From assembly GCA_026936335.1 (NCBI GenBank), contig JAPMXV010000042.1, positions 62,001 through 126,000 of the forward strand: a stretch of 64,000 nucleotides of DNA. The letters are read 5' to 3'. Below, in pieces: positions 51,381-60,597 of this stretch. Within the stretch, counting starts at the first letter, position 1. Each line of letters starts with the position of its first letter. The position numbers were made by a program, and so were the translations under genes. The notes under the pieces were generated by a model. That model was not told where the DNA came from, ran no database searches, and worked only from the letters and a program-made list of their open reading frames with translations. This DNA comes from Mantamonas sphyraenae STR306. Lineage: Eukaryota > Protista > CRuMs.

Positions 51381-52833
51381 TCACACGGAGGGAATGGACG
51401 GCAGCGGCCGCAATACACTCTCGCCATACGTCTGCAACATCTCATCGTCCTCGAAATCGTTGCTCACCGCCGTCACTTCGGCCATGCGCGAGCTGACATC
51501 CTTTGTGCTCTCGCCTGCCCCAGCACTGCTGCTGCTGCTGCTGCTGCTGCTGCCTCCTCCCTCGACGTCATCTCCATCCTTCTGTTCGGCCAGGAGGGCC
51601 TTGAGGTCAGGCTGCTTGGCCTTTTCTGTGATTTGGTAGGTGAGGCGTGTGGCCTTGGATGGGTCGTAGCGGTTCCGGGCAGGCGGGGTGGGCAACTCCA
51701 CGTAGGGGGCCACTGTGTTGCGCAGCAGTCGCAGGTCGCTTTCCAACCACGTCTGAACCTCTTCGCCATCGTCATAGTATCCTTCGAGGCCCTCCTCGTC
51801 TTGCTGGGTGAGCGGGTCGATGGCAAGGCCGAAGCGTGCACGAGCCAACGTGCGCAGGTAGGCGCTGGGCAGCTTGAGCATGGCGGTGGCCATGCTCTCC
51901 TCATCGTCCAACAGCGGCTTGAGCTCGTCTGCAAACTTGGACTTGAGGGCCTTGAGGAGCTTGTTGGCCTGTTCCAGCTCGCTGGTGAGGAGCTGGATGG
52001 CTTCCAGGGCAACCAGGGCACCAGGGTACTGTTTGGTGGCCACGTGGCACAGCGACAGCTGGTACAGCACGTTGACAATGTCCAGGTCAAACGTAATCAC
52101 CGAACGTTGTGCCTTGAACTGCATTACGTGCGACTTGAAGAACTGCAGGAGCGGGAGAGGGTCCCCGGTTTGTGTCAGCCACTGCCCAAGCACTTGACCA
52201 CACGGTGTGCACTCTCTCTCTCTCTCTCACACACACAAGAGACAGCGAGTCACTGTATGCACACCATCTCAGTCACAACTGGACAGCTGGGCTGGACGTG
52301 TGCGTGTATGCGGCGGTTGGGAGAGGCGGATGCCTTGTGCGTTGGCTCACCTTGAGACTCTGTCGAAAATCGACGCCCGCGGCGGCAAAGCGACCCAGCT
52401 GATTGTTTGCATATCCCCGCATGTAATAGCTGAGCACTTCCATGGTGTTGGTAAGCAGACACAGGTCAAAGTTGTCGATCTGGACCAGGGACAGGGCGCA
52501 AAAAAGGGCGCGGTCAGTGGAAAGGACAGCTGCTGGGCCGATTCGGCAGGGTGGCGGCGGCTGCACAGATCACAGGACTGCATGCCTCGTCGTCGCACAC
52601 AGCGCAGTGAACACAACACGGCGGTAGCAGGACATGGGCGGCGAGGGAACAAAGGGTGTGGGACGGGGGGTTTGAAAACGCACTGCCTGTTCGTAGTCAC
52701 CGAGCTTTGATTTCAGGACACCCCGGTTGAACGCATGGTATGGGTTCTGATCGCCCTCCTGGTCACTGGTGAGGTCCAGTGCCTGCTGGTACTTTCCCTC
52801 GGCGTAGAGGCTGACCACGGTGGACGAGGCCAT
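51381..52833 (-). CDS. TPR protein resembling the p67phox/NoxR N-terminal domain (3 exons)
   Basis: AFNRGVL...DYEQA/IDNF...LSYYMRG...DFRQSL...VLYQLSLCH parallels the p67phox TPR pattern. Confidence 0.5.
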
Positions 52834-52984
52834 GTGTGCACGGGATAGGGTTGGGTTGCCTCGTCACCCGTGGATTCGCCAAGGGTGACTTGAACGTGAA
52901 TGTCAACACGCGTGGTGACGTCGCCACCGGCGTCCAGGGCGAGTGCACCAGTGGCATTGGTCACACGTGTGACTGACCAACGAA

Positions 52985-55011
52985 ATGACCAGTCGCGACA
53001 CACTCTATGGTGAGTGCGCGTGAGTGGGGTACAGCAGGGATGCAAAGTTGACTCACACACACACACACACACACACTGATTCGTGTCTTTGCGACAGCCA
53101 AGAACGCCAGCACTGAAACAAAGGTTGCGGTGCTGAAACGGGAGCTGGAGGCGTCGTTGCTGTACTGGAGCGTCAAGAGGCAGATCAAGGAGGAGATCAT
53201 CAAACCCAAGTATGAGCTGGACGAGTTGCCCCACGTGGTGTTGGACACGCTGGAAAAGAATGGCACAGGCAACATGATCCGCAACGCGGTGTTTGATCTT
53301 GTGCGCGCCAACAACGGCGCCCTTGTGGACAGCACACACACTGTGTTTTCTGGTCCACTGGGTGCTCAGCACAGTGTCACGAGCGCCTTCTCAACCACAG
53401 CGGTCCCACGCAGCGCCTCGTCATCCACCTCGGTCAGGAGGCGGCAGGAAGGGTATGGTGTGGCACCTTGGGTTTTCGCGCAAGCTGAAAGATCACACTC
53501 GACACTGACGCCCGCTCACGCACGCACACACACACATGCGGGATCACGCCCATACGTACAGATCGATGGACGAGAACGATAAGGAAGAGGTGCCGTTGCA
53601 ATTGGGTGATGAAGGCTTTCCGATGCCCAGTATACCCGGAGAGGCGGTGGGTGAGACGCTGGATCACGTGCGCACAGCCAAGAACAAGTGGGACGACTTT
53701 ATTGTGGATGCGCTCAACAAAATGGCCAAAGTGCACAAGTTGCCGCTGGCAGAGAAGCGGATGGATCTTGACGGGTCGTCAAGCAGTAGCAGCAGCAGCG
53801 GAAACGGCGGGAGCGGTGGGTTGGTACGTGGCGAACAGCTGCTTGACCAACGGGAGCTGGAGGATGACGACGACGAAGGGGACGAGGAAAGGGCCCACAT
53901 TGACGAGTTGAATCCGCTGTACGACGAGTTTGATCTGTTGTCTGCGCTGCTGGCCGTGGACAACCCCAACCACACAGGCAAGGCGTTGAACATCCCGGGA
54001 TGGGGTTTGGTGCAGGTGGAACTGGCCGTACCGAGTGCCCAGGAGCTTCAAAGCATGCTGGCAGAGTTGCACCCGTCGAACAGGCAAATGGGCTTTGACG
54101 ACGATCGGCGCGAGTGGTTTGCGCGCGAACGGGTGGCGGACGCAAAGACGCTGGTGGAACAGGGAAATGTGTCGGGCATGGTCGAGTTTATGCGTCGTGG
54201 GGTGCCCACTGCCATGCGACCGGACATGTATGCCATGGTGTTGCGTGGGGATCACGAACGCGAACGGGCCCACTTTCGCAGGCTGCACACAGACGTTGAA
54301 ACCTGGAATTTATTATTGGACGATCTGTTCATCATTGACATGCAGTGTGTGGTCAACGACGACAACTACTTTGTGTTTGAAGACATCCTGCTCAAGCTGT
54401 TTGCCCTGTTCACCCACGACTCCTGGGTGGGCCAGAACGCTGCCCTGAGTATCGACCTGGGCACAGGTGTCGATCGGCATGGCCATGACGTGGGCACCTA
54501 CGCCCCATGCTCCATGATTCCCATGGACGGCTTCTCCTGCGTGGCTGCGCCCCTCTGCTTTCTCTACCGCGATCTGGAGCCCCTGTATTTTACCTTTCGC
54601 GCCATGTATGCGCGCTACTTTTGCAAGCTGTATGTGATCAGTTCGCAACCAGACAGCATCCTGTCGCTGTGCAAGCTCTTTGAGGATCTGCTGCAGATGA
54701 CTGTGCCAGGCCTGTTTTACAGCATGGCCATGCTGGGAGTGCCTCCCCTCAAGGTTGCCTTTCGCTGGATTGTGTTTGCCTTTGTGGGCTTCCTGCCTGT
54801 CGAGCAGATCCTGCTGCTGTGGGACCGCGTCCTTGGCTTCGACTCGCTTCTGCTTCTCCCAATTGCAGCTGCAGCCGTCATTGAATACCACAAGGACGCC
54901 CTTGCCGACGTGTCTTCCAGCGACGAGATCAAGGGGGTCTTCCAGTGGCACACCATCCAGATTGTGCCTCTGCTCCAACACTTTCTCTTTCGCGTCCTGA
55001 ATGACACATGA
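52985..55011 (+). CDS. TBC1D19: TBC1 domain family member 19-like (3 exons)
   Basis: WGLVQVEL, NDDNYFVFED, IPMDGFS..APLCFLY, FRAMYARYFCKL, LWDRVLGFDSL. Confidence 0.85.
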
Positions 55012-55316
55012 GACGGCAGATGAGAGCGTGGGACGGGACGTGATGTGTGGAAATGTATGTGATTGGGGTTGTGGTTGATAGATTCACTCAGGGCTGAGTG
55101 AGTGAGCGAGTGGGGGTGTTGTCCAAACCAGCGCGCTGTGCACAGTCTCGTTGTCCAACCAGCGGTCACACAAGTCATGTTTCCGGCTGGAAACTAGGAG
55201 CGTAGTGTTCCTGTAGGCAGATCTCAACCCCATCGCCCCATCGCAACGAGCTGGTGGGTGCCAATTGGCCACGTGCTGAGCCCGTGCCAGCACCTGCGCA
55301 CCCAACCCGCAAGATC

Positions 55317-58300
55317 ATGGAAGGCATCGCCGAGGATGAAGTGCTGGAGCTGGCCAAATCAATCCCCTCTTTGGTCAACGCCAAGTTTGACGGCGAGCAC
55401 TGCATGGTGGCGACACTACTCAAACCGCCCGCACCTCTGACTATGACTCCATCGGAGGACCTCTTGAGGCGGCTCTGTTTGGACGTCACACACGCTGAGG
55501 ATGAGCTCAGTGATACAGAGTCCGATGTTGCAGAGGAGGAGCTTCCAAAAGATGTTATGTCACGCGTGGAGCTGTTAGACGAAGAGGAGAGGGGACAGCT
55601 GTTGGAGTTCTCCGGGAAACGGAAAGGTCGACGAGGCAAGGACCGGTCCAAACTGGTGCATGACCACCTGGACGAGCTGGACCTGGACGAATGGCAGGTG
55701 TACTGGAATGGACTGCATGAAACAGTACGGGGAGACATGGAACGGGGCGCACAGGACGACAGCGCGGGGGAACTGAAAGTGACCACAGAGGGGATGCGTG
55801 GCATGGAAACCAAACTCCTGTCCACCACTCTCCACGCCCTCAAATTGGCACGTACAGTGTATCACAGGGTTCTAGAGACCGTCGAGAACGAGCAGGCCCA
55901 CAGGGATGCCGAAATGAAGGCTTCGGCAAGCAGCAGCAGCAGGGGCAATCCGGCCAAAAAGAAGGCCAAGAAGAAGGTCAAGAAGAATGCCAAAGGAAAG
56001 GACAAGAAGGAGGAAGGTGTACAGTCAGAATCGCGGAGCGACAAGGAAAAGGTGGTTGATGACCTGTTGGAGCTGATTGCAGGTGGGAAGGCGACATACG
56101 AGGGCGTGGAGTCGGTGCTCGCAAACATTTCCGACTCTGGCGTGCGCAAGAAACTCGAACCATGCAAGGAGTTGTTTGGGCTGCAACATACACAACACAC
56201 GGGGTGGGATGTGAACAACCGTCAGGCCTCAACCCTAGTCATCGATCTGCATTTGGTGTCGTCGACCCCGATCAGGAGTCCCAATGCTTCCACAACGCTC
56301 AACTGCAGCTACAAAGTGATGAGGCAGCTGCTGTGCCTTGTACGCAGTGCGAACTACGAGCAAATCTGTTTCGTCTCGTCGAAACCCTCGTTGCAGGATG
56401 CCCTCAGTGGGTCGTGTTCGCCCGGTGATCATATCGCCGCGACTCGTGCTCTGTCTCGGCTTTGCGCCTTCCACGCTCTCGGTACGAGCGCAAACAGCCG
56501 GCAGAAACGTGCCGCTGCGCTTGCAGGTTCTGCAGATGTCAGTATGGCCCAAGCAGTGTGGCTGTTGCGGAACGAGCTCTGTGAATCCGGGTCTTCCGTG
56601 CGCGAGGTGAACATCAGCGAGGCCATCCAGGAGGAGCATCTGGATGTGGTCAGCAACAACCTGAAACTTCCCAATGTCATGTACGTGTTGGGCTACAGCG
56701 GCCAACTGGCGTGGTTGTCGCCTGACGAGGTCCCAGAGTTTCCGCTGTATGTCAAAGACGATGGCATGCAGGAAGAGGAGGACACAGCCGACAGTGGCAC
56801 GCGGGATGAGGACACAGCCGACGATGATGGCATGCAGGAAGATGAGGACACAGCCGACGATGGCACGCGGGAAGAGGACTCGGGCGGCGATGCCTCCGAC
56901 GGCGAGAATGCTCGCGAGGCTGGCGGAAAACACCGCGTCCAGCAGCTACAAACACACGCTACGGCCGCCAAAAACAACTTGCAGCAGGCCGTACGCCATA
57001 TTCATGCGTTCAACCAGGTGGTTGCGGCAAAGCACTTGGACTGGACCAAGTTGGAGGAGGTGGAAAATGAGCTGGAGCAGCAGCTGCAAGGGGCGATCCA
57101 GGAGGCCCAGGACGCAGAGGCAAGCACGACAACCATCGGCGGGTTGCACGAGTACACGCTGGACCACAGGGTGCTGAAGCGGAACGCCGTGGGAGCGATC
57201 CTCTGTGGCCTCCACGCCGGGATGGTCGGTGCGGCGTTCACCAAGCGCGAAAGGACCCAAATCATTCAGACAGCGACATCAGAGTCACCGACAGACTGCT
57301 TTCGCTTGCCTTTCGTGCGTAAGAAGTTGCGGACATTGGTGAAAAACGCCGCTGTTCTTGGCGCTGCCTCCGCAAGAACAAGCACGGATGCTCTGCACAG
57401 CTACACGCCAGAACGCGTGGTGCAGGAGGCACTGGGCACGGATACCATGGACTGGGCTCTGCTCAACAGGCTGTGCTCCTACGCACAGGCGTGCGACGGC
57501 AACATCGATCTGCTGCGAGAGCCTGAACTGGTCGACGTCTCGGTAGAGCTGCCACAGACACTTGCAGTCCACAAACGGCATGCAGTGGAGCTCAAGGATG
57601 GCAAGAGGGGGGTTGTCGTGAACATGCACTCTGTGCTCCCGCGCAACGACGACTTTGTTGACGCCGATCTCCGTGAGGGGTTCCGCGCCTTGACCAGCAC
57701 ACAGGCCCAGGGGGGTCCGCAACTGTCGAAAGAGGAGGCAAAGGTCATCGAGGAAATGTTGAAGTGGTTGAAATCCAGGCAGGGAGGCACTGCCGATGGT
57801 GGAGGGGACGGGAAGGGGGGGTTGGACACCGACATCGACGCATCTGACGAGGAGCAGTCGCAGTCGAGCAGCGTGGCAAACGCGATGGAGCAGGACACAA
57901 CGCTTGACACCACGCAGCTTGGTCTGCTCAAATCCCTGCTGCAGATGATGCGCTGGAAAGAGATCGCTGAGGTTACGAAATCTTTGGCCGCCGTTTCGTC
58001 ACAATGGGCACCTGACCATGATTGTGAGGCAGCCACACAGCTGTGTGCTATTTCCCGGCTAGCGAATGACGTGAAGAAGGAGGAGATCTCGCGCTTGAAC
58101 AGTCTGTTGCGCGGCGCGACACCGAACGCCGAAGCAGCAGCCGGGACCAGCACATCCCGCGCTGCAAAGCAAAAGGCTAAAGCAGCGCTGTCGAGTTGTG
58201 ATCAAGAGCTTGTGCCCAACGGAGCTACTCTGTCCAAGGCCTTCGCCATCGTCAGGGACAACACGGAGGCATCGGGCGAGCTGCGCCCACAGCCGGCCCT

Positions 58301-60374
58301 GTCTACAGATATGGTCGATACACTGGTCAAGTTTGCTGCAGCAGAGGTCAAGGCAAAGGTTACAGCGTCTTCTGTGCCCATCCGCTTTGGCAAGTGTGTG
58401 GCGGAGGCGCTGAAGCTGCTGGGCGGCGACGCGCGAAACCCCACAGCAATGGCTGCGGCGCGAGATCTCGCTGTGTGTGCAATCGCCAGGTTGGAATACT
58501 GGACGGTGAACGGGGTGCTGAAGTCGCTGTCTAACCACGAAATGAGCACAACGAATTGGAAGCTGGTGGACTGGAAGAGGAAGAAGACGCACACGACCCA
58601 TGAGTGGAGGGAGCACGTGAAGAGTATGTACAGGAAGCGACACGGCGAGCACGGTGTCACAATGCTGGAGCGCTTGGGTGAAATTCTGGACAGCGAGGGC
58701 GTGCGCAACTTTTTCGACACGGACACGACCACGGAGGAAGAGGACGATGGGGAGGAGCAGGCGGAGGACACTGTGGACCACACGGTCGTTCAATACCTGC
58801 AGAACTCTGGTGTACAGTTCAACAGCGACGACAAGCAACTCGTTCTCACCCCAAGGCATTTCCAACCGGGAGGCGGTTTGAGCCAGTTGCTGCCAACAGG
58901 CTCAGTGAAGTCAGAAGCAGATGCACTGGCGCATTGGGACGTGGTCAAGACGTCTCCCTTCCTGTATAAGGAGGAGTACCTGTCGGTAGCGGAGTACGAC
59001 GCGTCCTGGCAACGCCGAGTTCACGGTCTGCCAGTTGACAACAAGTCAGGCTTGACGGCGCCAGCACTCGCAGCCTTGCCGATGCTGCTCTTCATGGCTC
59101 CCCTGGTGAGCCGCATGAACCGACAGGTGCTGGATGCGTGGTGCGGTGGATGGAGTGTGTCACCAGAAGGGAGACTTCGGGTGGTTTTGTTCAAAGCCGC
59201 GAACGCACCAGCAAAGACCAACGACCTGCAGGAGATCCTCCAGCCCACTGATGGGTTCAGGGGGGCGATCAACAAGGCGCGTGAGAACCTGAGCAAAGCA
59301 CACGACGTGCACACGGGGAGGCAACTTGCCAAAGACTTTGTGCGCGTGTTGGTGACGGCCAAGCGGGCTGGACTGGGCAAACAGGTCGTGCAGGCGTTTG
59401 GATTCGACCTGGGGTTCGATTGGCTTGCCCGTGTGCCTGGGCGTGGCCGTACGGGAAGGAAACACCAACGGGACTTTTCGGGTATCCAGGGCAACCCATC
59501 ACTCGTTAAGGACACGGTGTTCCTCGTGGACGATATTGGGAGACGCAAAGACACATACTGTGTGTATGTGTGGGATGGGAACGAGCTGCTGCAACACAAG
59601 ATTGGCAACCCGTCGCACTCAGACCTGCGCGCAAAGGCCCACCTGCATCGGCTCGCACGGTTGGACAAGCACAAAGACAAGCACAAGTGGAGGGCCGAGC
59701 ATGAACACAGCAGAAAGGTACTACGACAAGAGGCTCAGCGCCTGGTGAGCATCACGCGGCAGGTTGCAAAGGCCTTCGGAAAAGCGCACTGTGTGCTGCT
59801 CGCGCAGAGCAAATTCTATGGCGGGCTATCACTGTCAAACAGGGTCAACACACTGATTGCAGAGGAGATGCCTTGGGTGGATGTAGCTGAGTGGCACACG
59901 TCCAGCGTGTGCTTGTGCGGGCGAGCACTCACACGCACGGTGGAGCACACTGTGTCGAAGTGGGATCGTCAGTTGGCCTGTCTGCACTGTGGAGGGTCCC
60001 AAAACCACCACAACGCCCGCACGGCTCTGTTTGCGTACATTCAGGACAAGATTGGGCTGCCGGTTATTTCGGATCGCGATGTGCGCGGCTGCCAGGGAAT
60101 CGTGTGGCGGATGATGTGCTTGTGGGCAACGGGAAAGGAGCCAGAGGCATTTAGCCCCAGGTGCAAGAAAGCACAGAAGAGGAAATGCGCAGAGGAAGAG
60201 CTGAAAGCGTGCCTGCAGCACGTGTTTGGAGATGCAGAGCCGAAAACGGAGGAGATCGAGGTTACGTTGCAAGAGCAAGACAAGCAGTCGGAAGAGATGG
60301 CGCAACCTACGAGGAGAAGTGCAAGGATTGCTGGGAAGCGACGAGCGGATGTACAGGGAGGGGGGAAGGAGTGA
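55317..60374 (+). CDS. Giant (about 1,685 aa) Fanzor/TnpB-family RNA-guided nuclease candidate
   Basis: RuvC-I VFLVDDIGRR (59518-59546), basic helix, HCVLLAQS strand without Glu, VAEWHTSSVCLCG (E at 59889), CLHCG zinc finger, RuvC-III SDRDVRGCQGI (60069-60101); intronless; NLS-like basic clusters. Confidence 0.8.
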   Translation: MEGIAEDEVLELAKSIPSLVNAKFDGEHCMVATLLKPPAPLTMTPSEDLLRRLCLDVTHAEDELSDTESDVAEEELPKDVMSRVELLDEEERGQLLEFSGKRKGRRGKDRSKLVHDHLDELDLDEWQVYWNGLHETVRGDMERGAQDDSAGELKVTTEGMRGMETKLLSTTLHALKLARTVYHRVLETVENEQAHRDAEMKASASSSSRGNPAKKKAKKKVKKNAKGKDKKEEGVQSESRSDKEKVVDDLLELIAGGKATYEGVESVLANISDSGVRKKLEPCKELFGLQHTQHTGWDVNNRQASTLVIDLHLVSSTPIRSPNASTTLNCSYKVMRQLLCLVRSANYEQICFVSSKPSLQDALSGSCSPGDHIAATRALSRLCAFHALGTSANSRQKRAAALAGSADVSMAQAVWLLRNELCESGSSVREVNISEAIQEEHLDVVSNNLKLPNVMYVLGYSGQLAWLSPDEVPEFPLYVKDDGMQEEEDTADSGTRDEDTADDDGMQEDEDTADDGTREEDSGGDASDGENAREAGGKHRVQQLQTHATAAKNNLQQAVRHIHAFNQVVAAKHLDWTKLEEVENELEQQLQGAIQEAQDAEASTTTIGGLHEYTLDHRVLKRNAVGAILCGLHAGMVGAAFTKRERTQIIQTATSESPTDCFRLPFVRKKLRTLVKNAAVLGAASARTSTDALHSYTPERVVQEALGTDTMDWALLNRLCSYAQACDGNIDLLREPELVDVSVELPQTLAVHKRHAVELKDGKRGVVVNMHSVLPRNDDFVDADLREGFRALTSTQAQGGPQLSKEEAKVIEEMLKWLKSRQGGTADGGGDGKGGLDTDIDASDEEQSQSSSVANAMEQDTTLDTTQLGLLKSLLQMMRWKEIAEVTKSLAAVSSQWAPDHDCEAATQLCAISRLANDVKKEEISRLNSLLRGATPNAEAAAGTSTSRAAKQKAKAALSSCDQELVPNGATLSKAFAIVRDNTEASGELRPQPALSTDMVDTLVKFAAAEVKAKVTASSVPIRFGKCVAEALKLLGGDARNPTAMAAARDLAVCAIARLEYWTVNGVLKSLSNHEMSTTNWKLVDWKRKKTHTTHEWREHVKSMYRKRHGEHGVTMLERLGEILDSEGVRNFFDTDTTTEEEDDGEEQAEDTVDHTVVQYLQNSGVQFNSDDKQLVLTPRHFQPGGGLSQLLPTGSVKSEADALAHWDVVKTSPFLYKEEYLSVAEYDASWQRRVHGLPVDNKSGLTAPALAALPMLLFMAPLVSRMNRQVLDAWCGGWSVSPEGRLRVVLFKAANAPAKTNDLQEILQPTDGFRGAINKARENLSKAHDVHTGRQLAKDFVRVLVTAKRAGLGKQVVQAFGFDLGFDWLARVPGRGRTGRKHQRDFSGIQGNPSLVKDTVFLVDDIGRRKDTYCVYVWDGNELLQHKIGNPSHSDLRAKAHLHRLARLDKHKDKHKWRAEHEHSRKVLRQEAQRLVSITRQVAKAFGKAHCVLLAQSKFYGGLSLSNRVNTLIAEEMPWVDVAEWHTSSVCLCGRALTRTVEHTVSKWDRQLACLHCGGSQNHHNARTALFAYIQDKIGLPVISDRDVRGCQGIVWRMMCLWATGKEPEAFSPRCKKAQKRKCAEEELKACLQHVFGDAEPKTEEIEVTLQEQDKQSEEMAQPTRRSARIAGKRRADVQGGGKE
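56757..56880 (+). repeat. Imperfect tandem duplication (about 66-bp period) inside the Fanzor-like ORF
   Basis: gatggcatgcaggaagaNgaggacacagccgac twice; DDGMQEEEDTADSGTRDEDTAD / DDGMQEDEDTADDGTREED. Confidence 0.85.
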
Positions 60375-60385
60375 GAATTTTGATT

Positions 60386-60549
60386 TCGCAGCCGGCGTGA
60401 GCAGACTTGCAGAGCACAAAACACATACACAAGAGGGGTCCTGCGGGGTAGTATCACCAACCCCGCAGGTATTGTCGCCGTGTTTCACCGCCAGGCGCAC
60501 CTTTAAGTTGTAGGTGTCGTGCTCTGCCCGTGTGCACAGCCGGCTGACG
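60386..60549 (+). ncRNA. Candidate omega-RNA scaffold downstream of the Fanzor-like gene
   Basis: Nested complementary pairs: cagccggc 60389-96 with gccggctg 60539-46; gcagagcac 60409-17 with gtgctctgc 60519-27; cctgcggggt 60440-49 with accccgcagg 60460-69; cacct/aggtg hairpin 60498-60516. Confidence 0.55.
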
Positions 60550-60597
60550 CCAACAATGCTGCGATGCTTCCCACAAGCTTTCCAACCCTCGTCGAAC

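Noticed and set aside
55135-60540. 10-bp inverted match gctgtgcaca/tgtgcacagc as a TIR of the Fanzor element
   Set aside because: Short, near-palindromic and common in this TG/CA-rich genome; no flanking target-site duplication
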